Below are positions 1-13,800 of a stretch of 64,000 nt of DNA, one piece after another. The first letter of the stretch is position 1; every line of letters begins with the position of its first letter. The notes beneath the pieces were generated by a model. The model was given only the letters and a program-made list of their open reading frames with translations, searched no databases and had not been told where the DNA came from. The position numbers and the translations under genes were made by a program. The stretch comes from Phoronis australis (taxonomy: Eukaryota > Animalia > Phoronida): positions 891,329 to 955,328 of the forward strand of contig NMRA01000038.1 in assembly GCA_002633005.1 (NCBI GenBank), given 5' to 3'.

Positions 1-161
1 ACAACACATCACGTTGATTTGACATCTGGCAGCATGGCCACCAGTGAATGCCCTGGACATAAAAAATACATAGACTGATAGACGTGCCAACTGCGGTTTC
101 ATTACTAACAAGCTACTTTACACTAGTTTTCTCTTAGTACGGCTAATGAACACATTATTCT

Positions 162-1407
162 ACAAGAGCAATGCGGAGCGTTGAAATGTGCTGATGAATA
201 CATTGCAAATGGTGTGCTTTTAGAGTTACTTATTTGTATCATAAAAATGGCCATTAGATGGCGCAAAAACATATAATACAATCCAAAAACAGGAACATGC
301 CATATTTCATAAAAGTCTGTCAAGGAACTTCAGAGAAACAAAGGAAAACAGAATAAAATGAAATTGTCACAAGTGGGCAGTGTCCGTTGGATATGCCTGA
401 AAGTCGTCTGTTGTTATCTTCATATAAATACACTTACTAAATTTAGTAAAGATCCTGCAGTGGGTTTAGGAGATTCAACTATGGGAGCAAAACAAAACTA
501 CAACCAGGAGGCGCCACAGTAGTCAGTCACCATCATCAAAGGTCGTCTTCACACTGAGAACATATATGTCAATTTTCAAATGATTTGATTGATACAGGGA
601 GTGGACGCCAAAAACAAGATTTGAAAAAAGCAAAATTTGCCACCAGGTGGTGCAAAATACCTCGATTCCACCCAAAAACAGGAAGATAGCGTCATCACAC
701 CAATAGATGCCTAAATTTAAAATTTTAAGGAAATCTGTTGAGGGCCTTTGAAGACACAGAGTTAAACGTAAAAAACTAAAATTCCCACTAGGGGGCACAG
801 CAGTAGTCAGATCTGTCCAAAAGTCGTCGTCATCCGTAGTCAACATCACATAAATACACTTGTTAAATTAAGTAAAGATCCTGCGAACGGTTTAGGAGAT
901 ACAGCCATAGGCGCAAAAAAACAAAACTGCCCCTAGGAGGCGCCACAGTAGTCGAAATCATCGAAAAATCATCGTCAACCGTCCTCTTCATAGTAAGCAC
1001 ATACACACCAATTTTCACAATCATCCTTTGAGCGGTTTGGTTGATAGAGGGGTGGACGCAAAAAACAGACTCAAAACCAGTAAAAATGGTCACTAGGTGG
1101 CGCAAACTATGTCGAATCCATCCGAAAACGGGAGGATAGCATCATCTCACTAATAGGTGCCTACATACCAAATTTCATGAAAATCCGTCAAGGACATTTG
1201 AAGACACAAAGCGTAAAAAACTAAAATTGCCACTAGGGGGCACACCGGTACTCGGATCCGTCCGAAAGTTCGCTCATGCCGTCCCATTCATGAATGGAAC
1301 ATACATGCCAAATTTCATGAACGTATGTCAAAGGGTTTTGGAGAGCAGTGGATGCTGGACGGAGATGACGGCATAATGCGTTCACATATAAATATGTGGG
1401 CGCATAA
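162..1407 (+). mobile_element. Non-autonomous Helentron/HINE-like element, copy 1, with internal ~150-bp tandem units
   Basis: Starts ACAAGAGCAATGCGGAGCGTTGAAATG, ends in hairpin ATGCGTTCACATATAAATATGTGGGCGCATAA preceded by GGAC/GACG-type short repeats; homologous to 24344-25552 and 42460-43760. Confidence 0.8.
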
Positions 1408-1499
1408 TAATGTTGATTTAATTTCTGATTATGAGCGCCACTGACAACTGATAAGTAAACAGTTGTGCTTCTGGGCACAGTTGATAAAATAAGTCATAC

Positions 1500-1809
1500 C
1501 GTCTACTTGACGCGCTCGTAAAACAGCTATCCTGCCACACTCGTTCTGCCACTTTGTGCCTCAGCACGTGACCACTGTCGGTGTTGCCAAGATCTAAAAA
1601 CCCACTCGCGTAAGCAGCGTTTGGCACGACTTTGATACTCGTCTCCCCTGAGACGTGGGCATCACCAGGAGACGTGGGCGGGGTCAGTGGAATTGGCTGC
1701 ATGCTGAGACCGGGGGTACTGCCATTGTTGGTGCCAAGGCCAGATGATGGTGGACGATCGCTGTCGGAGACCAGCACGAAACAGCTGGGGTAGCGCATCT
1801 TCATACCAG
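1500..1809 (-). CDS. MED13: MED13 exon 7
   Basis: tttcag acceptor, [14 protein letters not shown]...LTPPTSP...KVAERVWQD...SSR, donor GTATGA, phase 1->2. Confidence 0.94.
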
Positions 1810-4800
1810 CTGAAACAAAGCAATTGTGACCAGTGTTTGTCTGTTCAAGCACTTGCTTTTCGCAGACACACCCAAGGCAACAGATTAAGGACGTATAAGC
1901 CAGTTTTGAGCACCACCTCACAAAATTCCGCATATGCTAATGAGAGCACACTTTTAATTTTCAAACAAATAACCCATAAAGTAAACAGTAATGTCAATGA
2001 ATTGCAAGGAATTGTTGATCCACTGTGAAGTTGAGTGGCTTGAAGTTTTTCACTCAATCAAAGTGTCATTGGTTCAGTATTTCTACTTCCACGATACGCA
2101 TATCAATCTCAGTTCACGACCTTGTGGAATTAAAACATGCTAATTGTTTTCATCGTCAACTTTACATGCAACTGAACTGATGGTTCTCTCAACAAGTCGT
2201 GCATTTTTGAATTCCTTATAACCTCCTAGTTCTGGTGGTACCTGTTACTGCCATGTAAGATTAAGTACAGTTTGCAACAGAACAACCCTGCGCTGGCAGT
2301 AAGAGACGAATTGCAAGAAGAGCTGCTAGTCACTTCTTGTGTGTACACCTATGAGTATCAGGTTTCCATAAACGGTTGACACAATGACCTTGATATCTTT
2401 AGAGACAAACAGGTCAACAGCATTGCACATTTTCTTAAAAATCGGGGATGAAAACTGACAAAAATATGCCGTCCTTAAATAATGTTTTGCCCTCCCTCAA
2501 TCTGAGCCTGTGCAGACCAAATGAAAATGCATAAATTTGCTAATGCTTGTATACAGTTATTTAAGTTCAGTCACTTCAGTTCTAATTCTCAAGTCATCAC
2601 TAGATATCCATATATTACACTTCTGATCCACAAGATGTTTTCTTAAAGATGTATTTGCATGCTCCCAACTTTGCTAATGAGTAACAGGAACTAAATGACA
2701 GTACTATTTCAACATAATCTACACTGAAACAAGTCCAGTTGTATTCAGTGATAATTTGTAAAGTGATAACAAAAAAATTTGCAAATAGGTTACCTTTGCA
2801 CTAATTAAGTAGCTCGCAGACTCGCATAGCCCACATCATGCAGTGTTATTCCCCAGCACTATGTCACAGTACTTACTAGACACGGTTCAGTGATTTGCGG
2901 AGGATCATTTTTACCGCAAAACTCGCTAAAAACATTTGGCAATTTTCAACATACGGTGCTTGATATTCACATTGTTGCTATATGCTGCTTCTAACTAATT
3001 TGGCCAAGCAATCACAGAGATAAGTAATTAGCGTGCCAGTTGCACTTTAAAGCCACTTAATACCTGCCTTAGATCACAACAGTTCAAGTTGATAGACCAC
3101 TTACCCACATGAACCACTTACCCACATGAACCACTTACCCACATGAAACTGGTTTCAAATTGTTCCTCAGTCAGATTAGAGATGATTTCTGGGCTCAGAA
3201 CAAACCCTGATGATTCAAATATTGCTCGACAACAGGCTCTACAACTTGGTTACCACTGCGACTCATGAGTCATTTTAAGCCCCAAGCATGGTCTCGAGCA
3301 ACAATGAACAGCCACCTTTTTCCAAGTTCAGAAACCACTTCTCGGCCGAGTTTGGAATAGGATGAGATAGCAGCAAGTAGTCTAAATGAAAAGTTTCTTT
3401 GATGGAGCGCCGCTTGAAGAAACAAAAAAAACCCTGATAGAGATAATGTGAACACACAGCACACTTACAGACTATAACTTCAACACAAGGAGGGACTTGT
3501 GATTCGTCACCCGGCTTGCAATCACAGTCTATTGGATAAAACTGCTTCCAGTCCTCCATGATTCGTCGACTAGCTGGGTCGTTCTCTTGACACGTCTGCC
3601 CAGTCAACACGCCAGCCAACCCGTACGGCGCCAGCACAACTGAAAACAATGCGACTGGATATTAACCGCTACAAGTCATGCGTAACGTAACACCACAGAA
3701 AAGAGGGACAAATTGGAGAAAAAAAAATTAGAAATGTCAAAATCAGTCATATTCTAATGTACAGTAGATATAGACTTTATTCACCAACCTGGGAATAACT
3801 TGCATCATACTAAGTTCGTCAAAGGTAATACTGACAGTGCTCTTGTCAAGCAAACAACTCCATGTATGTATACTTTCCAACTGGAGGTTATTTATTTCCA
3901 ATTTAAGAATGACAAAGACTCAATATATGAGTGAAGACATAATCTCAACCCAGCAAACATTTTAGTGATAGAAACGCACAGTAACCTGTCGGGTGAATAT
4001 TTGACAAAGGAAGCCAAACTCACGTTTTCTATTCTGCAACATGATTTCATAGAAAAGGACAATGCATAGCTCAAAAACAAACACAAATGGTAGCACCATC
4101 AAGATTTTTCTCTTTCATCACATCACCCTGCATCAGCTGCGAATGACATCCCACCCACCAGCAATGCGAATTTACACAAGCGAATTTACACAAGCGAGAA
4201 ACTTGAGAAATCTGTTTTGTCAGTTCAGTTAAAACTGAACACACAGACACCCATCTGCAGAGCACTTGGCCTTGAATCAACAAGATCAACAAGTGTGCCG
4301 ATCTTAACACATGGCTTTCTCGTCACCAGAACACTGGGTCAGACGCCAAGCTTTTTCACCAAAAATATTAGATAAACCAACATCTCCGGAGAAGACACTA
4401 GCCTGTGACAGATACTGAATGAGTTGCATTTAGAAGCAGCTCATTTTACACAAACGAGATAACATAACAAAATTCTGTTATTTTTTTGGTTCAACTCATG
4501 TGTGAGTGTAACAAGAGCCTTACACCACCTAAGCAGAGCCTCCCCATGAAACTTGATAGCAAGCACACCAGAGGCCAATGGCATTGGAGGTGGATGAGCC
4601 TCTCCACACCAGAGGCCAATGGCATTGGAGGTGGATGAGCCTCTCCACACCAGAGGCCAATGGCATTGGAGGTGGATGAGCCTCTCCACACCAGTCTCCA
4701 CACCAGAGGCCAATGGCATTGGAGATGGATGAGGAATGGATTACAGATACTATTATACGCCGCCCGCCGCCCAACTTTACACAAACAAGCTACCAGCTTG

Positions 4801-7800
4801 GATGAAAAATAGTACCAGAAAATAAGTCTGCACAGGTAACTATATCGTCTACATCTAATGCCTTCTAAACTTCTGACTGGCAAATATACGTTTATGGTAA
4901 AATGTCACCGATTCTGAGCAAAAACAATCGCCATAGTTGCGTAATCAAGGGCTTCTTGCATTGCTGAGAAAGTGGCCTAACGGTAGCTAGGGCCCAGAGC
5001 TTGAATGTGGTAAAGCATCAATTTAGGGCTATGTACCTTTTTTGAAAAAAGGGGAAATAAAACATCACTTACTTGCAATGTTGTACCCTAAACTGGTGAG
5101 CTACTATCATATACACTACACAAGAAAATGAGTGGCAGGAGCTATTGTATACATATGAATAAATTTCCATTTGTATTTTGACTAGTAGTATTGCCTGAAA
5201 CTTTTTTACTTTCGCATACCGAGAGTCACCGGCATTACAAGCTTTGCAGAGAATGCATTCAGACTTCTCTTGGCATGCACAAGGCCCTCCCTCTCCAAAG
5301 GGGAAATGTGCCTGTGCCTTCTGAGAGGACAATTTCTCACTTGTGGAGAGAATCTCCCCCCCCAATTGCCACCTCCCCATTGGCAGTGCCTCAAGTACCC
5401 AACATTCTGCAGAAGTAATTCTAACCTTGAGAGGATTTTTTAACTATTGGAGGGGAACTTTTGGGAATGGTAAGGATAATTTCGCGTGATTTTTAAATAT
5501 TTTATACTACAGGGGAATGGCCAATGTTCGGCCACAAAATCTAGGCATCAAGGTCATGTCCCTTGATGGCAAATACCTTAATAATTCCGAACCGCAGTTA
5601 ATCTGCATCAATACACAATTTTGCCACCGACTAATTACTTGAAAGCAAGCCGACTATTAATCGTCCAGACACAGAATTAGAGCCAGACAAATGGACATTT
5701 AATTAGCCCAGCAAATAAAGACCACTGAAATCACTTCAAGATCTCGACTAGGGACGAGGCAGGCAAAACTATCAGTCGACATGGCTAATACTGAGATAAT
5801 GCTTTGCGGTTTGTAAAACCAGGATGCAGTCGAAAACCCGAGGCTAGTAGTTAAAACGAACACGGTCAGCAGGCACATTGCGTCACATAAGTAGACAGAT
5901 TGAGGACTGAGATAATACAGTGTTGTCCTGTCACTCAAATTTGTCCACTGCAAGGCTAGCTAAATACGGTGTACGTGGCAAGCACACAGCATGGTCTATA
6001 CCAAGACGCACCAGTTTCTCGCAGGTAAAGGACACGGCCATATACTAGTATGCCACCTACCTGGAAGGCTGGAACCATTGCTGGAGGCAAGCTGTAGGTG
6101 ACGTGGCATTAGTCGTCTCAGCGGCGGATGCTGACGGACATCAATACTGGCGCACACAGTGCTCTCTCCATGCAGAAAGAATGAAAACGAGATTGACAGG
6201 TGCTGGCTGGAAGAACAAAAAGAGAAACGTGAATGTTGAGCACCATGTGTAAATACATGTAGAGAACACAGTACTGTTTGAAAGTCCCAATGACATGTCT
6301 CGAGGGTGATTCAAGCATGACCCAGAACTTCTCTAACACTTGTTTAGAAGGTTTGAAAGATGGTTCAAGATTTCCAAACATGAATCATTCAAACATGACC
6401 CATAGGTTTTCAAATATTGTATTCGCCCTAATAAGCACTCAGGACACTTTTAGAAAAATTCGTTTCAGGAGGGAGGCGCTTATTATAGCCTAAGGTGATT
6501 GAAACGGGTAAAATCTTAAGCTAGTATTTATCAAATTTACGCTCTGTGATGTATCTGTAACCTATGACAGACTTTGATACAGTTGTGGTGCATTGCTATC
6601 AACCTTTGTTGTTAAATTACGATCATTTTTCAGAAAATTGTGCTGAAATCCCAGGGTGAAAACTCGCCGACTGATGCGTCACTGCCTCGTGATCAATGAT
6701 AGGGCAACTTGAATTCTTGAATAAAAGTAGTTTCGACTCATTAAATTATTTGAAATCCTTAAGTTTTCAAAATAGCGTCACTAAGATTTTAAAGTTCCTG
6801 TGGAGTCGGAATTAACTGCATATAAGTCCAAACGTGCGCTAGATCGTACCCTGCAACACAAGAAAATCTTTGGACGAACACACATGTTGTTGTTATGTGA
6901 TGTTTGTTTTGAAGTCCATCTGCGTCTGAGCAACAAGTGTAGTACACTCCTTGGTGTGAGCGAGCGAGCACCTGCGTGTCATCAGAGTTCATTTGCCAGA
7001 GTAAACGCAATGTAACGATCTAGGTGTGCATTGTAACTGGAAAAATTAACACGAGCAGTAAAGCAGAACGAGTTTTATTCAGCACTTGTTGATCTCATCT
7101 GCTAAAAACGTTTGAGAAATGTCTCGGTGAGTCGCCAGGTGACTGGATGCGCGACAGTCTAACTGTTATTTTCCGGTAGATTCGGGGGGTTTAAGGGTGC
7201 GGATGTGCTGACTATCAGTGGGTTCCTTCGTCTTTAAAAACACCAATTAAGACAGGTATGTAGCGTGCGCTTCCTGGCCATGTGCATTTAATACCGGTCA
7301 AATTTTTGTAGTCCTCAATTCGCAGCTTTTCATGTGTACAAAGAAATTTGGATTCCTGTTGAGGGAGAAGATCTGTACGGGGAAACTTATACAATACAAT
7401 CCCTTTGACAAGTAATGTTCTGAAAGGCCGCACCATAATGGGACACGTTCCTCTCAAGATCAGCAAAACTTTTGCGTTCTTTTTGAAGCACCACGGAAGT
7501 TTGAAGTGTATAGTCACGGCTGAATACCAACAAAGCAGTGAGGCTCGTGGTCTGCAAATTCCGCGCACAGTGATTTTTCAGGACTGCCGGATCTTATTGA
7601 TAAATTGAAGATGGTACTGTAGAATCTAAGAACTTTTAAGTTAAGCATTTTTCGCATGTACACGTTCATGGTCTGGGCGCTCATTTTAGCTAAGTCTGAA
7701 AACGCGTGGGGGGGCTTATAGGGGCATGGGTGCTTATTAGGGCAAATACGGTATAGCTAAAACTTCAAATATGCAGCCCTCTACACAGAAAATTCACAAG

Positions 7801-10800
7801 AAAGAAATTTTGACTTCAATAAATTCCCATTCGAAACCATGAAATTCAAATATAGTTTCTGAAATCGTCACTGTTTTAGAACTCATGACTCATACTCAGT
7901 CGGAATTTTGCTTCTATTTCTCATTTCAACTTGAAAGCAAGCAAGGAAGTTAAAATACTAAAGATTGGGAACATTTTAACCCATCTGATTTTAATTTTTA
8001 TTATCTACACATTCAATTTCTAAGTGAACTCGGAATTCCAAAATCTTAATAGAACTAGAAGTGAAATCCAGTTATGTGCTTTTTCGCTACTGATACTTGT
8101 TTACTCCGTGGATTAGATTGACAGAATAGTGGGGGTAACAAAACGCTGTATTTTCGTAATTCGGAAAATAGGCCAACTTACTGGTTATGAACTGAGGAGT
8201 GCATCAACTACACACAGAGCAGAAATATAATTACACTTAAAATTAAACTTAACTTTCGTTCTAAATTACTCTATAAGCGTCTGTCCTAGAAGTCTGTTTG
8301 CTATCTCTCCTTCATAATGTACCGTAATGTAAAATGGACACATGATGGAACAGTGAGATTCTGCTTAAGGCAAATGCAATCTTTCCTAAAAAAATTGTCT
8401 GTCTTACATTAGAAACATCACGTGCATTGCACGTTAATCTAAGCTTCCTGAAAGGCACACGGACAAGATCAACAAGGGGTACAGCATTACAACTTGTCGA
8501 TCAACGATTTCACCAACATGAACATTAGCGACACTTCTACTGGACGAACCTGCAGCTTTGAGCAAACAATTTTAAGATGTCTGAGCAATTTACAAAGGGT
8601 AAAACCAAAATACGGTGGTCTAAAACACTTGCGGAATTTTTTTACCACCAAGTCACATGCGTGCTCTCTATTTAATTCAATAGCTTGCACTAACCAGGAC
8701 TACATGAAATCAAGTCCAGGTAAGAATCAGGTTCTAGGAAACAATCATCGATCAATGTTCTGGCGAAAATGACTTTCTAAACTCGTTGACCCACTTTATA
8801 ATTGGTCTCAATCACGTTCCTTCCTAACAGAGCATTGCCCTTCAAGACTAGGTATGTACCAAGGCACCGTCACAGCTCAGACTAGGGTGTTGGTTACCGG
8901 AGGCTGCTGCTGATTCCGTCGCCAAGGAAACTGTCGGGGACACTTCTATGACATATTAAACGTCTACAAATTGACCGCACTGACAAACATTTCCTCGCAA
9001 GCTCCCCAGACACTGCATGATGCTGGCATCATAAAGTCACTCGGAAATAACCACATCAGACATCGGTGAAGACTGAATATCAACCATGCCTAAAGGTGAC
9101 TTTTCATCGCGTAAACAAAAACAAACATTGAACTGACGCTTCTCTCAATACCACAACGCCTCCCTCCCGTTTCTGCAGTATTTACCTACAATGCTACACA
9201 TTCATAGGGAACTTGGCCCACAGTTGCACACATACACTGCTGCCAAGCTGTTCACTGTTTAGATTGCCATTAGTCAATCCGATGCCAATGAATTTCACTA
9301 CTGCAGCAGCTCTTGGCCACCGTAGGCAGCATCAACTTGTAACTGTTATAATAATCGTTATCCTCACTGTTATTTCGTGTTATTGTTATCACTATAACCA
9401 TTATCAGCGCAACTTATTTGTTGAAATGTCTGACATGTATAATTGTTTATAGTACCTAATGCAGCAGAATGCCTATATTTGATTACAAGAAACAAATGGA
9501 AGAAATAATCGGTACAGAATTACGTTCTCCGTCACTCTAGCTGCTGTAACGGCAAAATCCTCAAAAACTTATTGATGAGCTGGGAGAATTCAGACTTATT
9601 TTGTCTGAAAGTTTTTTTCATATGTATTGTAAAGTGCCAAGGTAAAAGGCTAATTGGCTCCACATTAATAACACCTTTATCACCACGCAATTAACACTCA
9701 ACAGTGTGATTACACTGTGTCACAAATTCATGACCTTCAACCATTGCATATTAAAAATGAACCGCCTATTACTAGCAGACTAGATGCAGACTCAAATTCA
9801 ACAGCACCAATTTTGAAAATGCGACAAAAAGTAACACCGGTGAACACATTTGAAGCCTAAAGAATGCATATCTGTGGAATCAGCATGAGAATGAAGCCAA
9901 CGATTGCACAAAGTGACGACTCGGCTAGGAAGGAAAGAAACAATAAGTCGAATACCCCCAACAGCCAGATGTAAGACAGTATCCCATTACAACAGGAACT
10001 GGATGAAAAGCTATGGCTCAGTTGTCAAGTAAAACCGATACTCTGGGTTTATGTCATACTATCAAGTTGAAACGATGCATGGTCATAGTACAATATTTGT
10101 TTTGCATGAGAACTAAACAATAAGTCTTAGATGCTCATTAGATATGCTGTAGAAGTCATTGACAGAGAGCCAGACAAACTCATGAGGTGAGAGAGCCTTG
10201 TTTGTGGGCACCGTGGCATTCCGGTTCACATGAAGGTCAGCCTTACTGATACATTGTGTACTGGTGTTGAGATTACTGACTTGAGGCCTGTGCCCGGCTG
10301 CACGACTCAGTACTAAACAGGGACTCCACTATGTTCCTTAATTTTTCACTACATTTCTGGACTTGCACAAGCACTGACTAATCCTTTCTGATGCTGTTTT
10401 GTCTTCATTACTAACCCAGTTTTTAGTCTTGATATACAGTGAGAGTAAACTCTACATTGAATTCTCAATAATATTGAAAGTAAATAGGGACTTCTTTAAT
10501 GCAAAATGGTAAACAGCAGTAAGTGACTGACAGCTGTTCACTGTTCCACGACTATTATCGATTGCCGAGTAAAAAAAAAAAAAAAAAAAATAAATTACGT
10601 AAAAAAATAAAACATATAAAAAACAAAAATGAAAAAGATTCATACCTTCTGTCCCGCGATGACGACGTGCTCTTCTCGAACGGCTGGACAAACCACTTGC
10701 CAATTCGAACAAAGTTTTTGGTGAGAAGACATCTGAAAAAGAGGCAAGATGAAAACGAGTCAAGAGGATGAGGGCATTATGCACAAACTTATGTACAAGT

Positions 10801-13800
10801 GGGCGCATAAAAAGGAAATGACCCAATCTTCAACAAAACACTAAATTGCAGGCTATATAATCTTTAAAAACGTTTTGGTGCAAAAAAACTCACTAGTAGA
10901 TTTTTATAAAAAAGAGCTAGAATAGCAATCCCTACAGCCCAAGTGGAGATTCGTGCAAATTTGATTTATTCTAGCACAAATTAGCACTGCATGTGGCCTT
11001 AAATAATCTGAGCAGCAAAAAAGATATCACACGATTATCCACTTCGTGAAGTCCACTAGCATTTCGTCCAATACCATACCTTTCTATTAGGTTGTGCAGA
11101 GCTTTAAAGAGCAGTGTGCGACACTCGTAAGACAGACCGCAGTCCCACGACCCATGATCAGCTTCTGAAAAAGCGATAATTGACAAACATTACAGCACTG
11201 CACAAAACTAGATGTGTAACACCATAGCAACAAGCAAAACAAACAACACAAGAAACCATGTCAATACAATAATATCAACAGTTATATCAATAACAACAAA
11301 TTATAACAACACCCCCATTTACAACTTTAAAAACAATAACACCAAATGAAACAACAATTAGAATACTAAATAGTTTTCATTACACCTAGAGCTTAAAAAA
11401 TCCAAAAATAGTCTACATAGGAAAAGTCCCTTCATTCAATAAAGTCCAATCAATAACATTAGTTTCAATATCCTGCTTCATCTCTCATATTACTGTTTCA
11501 GGCAATCCACTCACAGATAACAAAATGTTCTAAACAACCTGAACATAATCTCAGAACTGACCCCATAACAGATTTTGCTAATTGGTAATGGGCTATCACA
11601 GTTATGTACCCATCTCTACCAGGCGATTGACCCTGGCACGAGACAATCCTGGCCAACATAGCTCCCTAATCTACTTATCACTTGCTCGACCTGACATCAG
11701 ACATATACCTAAGTATCGTTTGTCATAATATAAAATCAATACGTGGATCGAAGGGCAGTCTGTGAAAGCCTTCCAAATGTCTAGAAGACGTCTCTGAGAA
11801 GTTAATTAGGACGACTGTTCCTAGAAATTCACACTTGCCTTTGCAGGTGCTATTCAACCTCTTGTTCATAAGTGGCCATATCTTTGCCACGACCGTAGAC
11901 AGCGTGAAATTTCACGCGCAATTGTTCTTTCCACCATAGTTTTTCCATGCCATCCATCACACCAAGATGACAAATTAAGCGAAAAGAACTGGAGGAAAGC
12001 CTTTTACTGTTTTCACACAAGGAACAGTTGTCACAGCGCGACTTGCTCCACGCAAGCGCATCGAAAGATGATCCCTTTTCGCCCTGCCCCTGTTGTGTTT
12101 AGACATGTACTCGACACTGGGGCAACAGATCCGAATGCTACTCTAACTCTCAAACCGGAGTCAAAAATGGCCACGGCGACGTCAACTTGCTCCGTGTCGA
12201 TCATGTTTACACAAACTTGCGTCCAATCAGCTGTTCCGCATTATTTGCTCCGTGACAGTTGTCTCCCATGTAATCGTTTTTGATAGGCTGCCGGTGACTC
12301 GGAAACAATCCAACGGAACTGGGAAGGAAATGTTTAATAACCCAGTTACTCCAGAGGCCAGTCTACGCAAAATCAAGGGAATAGAGGACCATGCAAATCA
12401 AACGCACGGTTTTTTCGAGAAACAATGAAAAGGACAACAACTACAACGACAAAACAACAAGAACCGACTTCTTTTGTTGCAGCAATGTTGTTTTAATGGG
12501 CTGCTATGATGGGATGTCAAGTACAATATATAAGTGAAAACAAATTCTCCAGTTAAATACCACAAACCCACAGGCTCAGTTCAACTGCCTAATATAATGG
12601 GAAACAGCCAGTGTCAGGGCAGGGGTCACTATAACAAGATTCAAAATGAAATGAGAACATTAACCTACCGTGGTTAAAACAAGAAGTCGAATTTTTATCT
12701 ACTAAGCAGCCAAAAATGTAATGGGCTTGCCGTCTACGTTTCATTGGCAACCAAAAAGTGGCAAGAAACGGCAGACGGAAAACATCAGCAAAAATCAATA
12801 ATTACCAGCAAAATAATGCACAACTATTTTTTTTTGGGTCGACTTGCTAGTGCCAAACTTTTAGTTAAGTTCCTACACCAATTTGCCAGGTTTTAAAAGG
12901 TGACAACTAATGCCCCTTTCACACCAAAACTGTCATAACTTTTACAACCGATTTAAAGGTACTAATTCTCAGTCTGAGTACTTCAAAACTGGTTTTAAGT
13001 TAACAGTAGTGCGGTTATAACTGTCTGTGAGAATGGTTTAGCAAGGTGATGTAACTGTTGTAATTCTGTGCGAGTATGTCAGTTGCAAAAGTTAACTCAG
13101 GAGAAAAATGGTGGTCATGGGGACTTTAAAACAGTACAGCAGTCTCTTTACATGTAGTCGACCGTGACTGAAAAGTTCTGAGCCACGTTTGAAAAACTGA
13201 GAAAATAAATCTGATACTAAATATATCCTCCCAAGGATACTATTGTTTCACGAAATGTAGAATACAAATAGGTAAATAAAACAACAAGAATGGATCAACT
13301 GAAAATTTTCGGATATAATAATGTCCTTCGTCAACAGAAACAGAAATAAAGTAAAATCAAACACTATATGACAATTGACATTTAAGATGTGGCGTAATCA
13401 AAATGATACATTGTTGCGAAAAAAAAATTCAACGATATAATTTAAGAGGTTTGTTTAAAATCTCGAGCAAATATTTGAAATAGTGCTGTGCATTTGACTT
13501 TTAAACTTTAATTGTTGTATGCGAAAATAATGTGAATTAACAGAAAGGAAGATTTAGACACAAAAACATGATGTGACATTTGAACCATATTAACATTTTT
13601 GCTCAGGGATTACCCTGTTGTAAAATACAACAGAACAAGACTGCATTGTATAGACAAAAGACTCGAGAGCAGAGCTAAGGTATAGTATGATCACGTGATT
13701 TACTTCTTAAAATGCATGGCGATACCTTGCAATGACTTGAAGCGAAAGCAGTGCCACCTAGTGGGATGAGTGTCCACTTCCTTAACTCAAGGTCGTGGGT

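Noticed and set aside
123-1478. Recurring ORFs such as MIVKIG...TTVAPP (also 24149-25318, 42655-42994) as a protein family
   Set aside because: They are translations of the HINE-like internal repeats, with frames broken differently in each copy
10571-10636. Poly-A/Lys-rich ORF 10523-10771
   Set aside because: A-rich run is the T-rich intron sequence just downstream of the MED13 exon 4 donor on the minus strand
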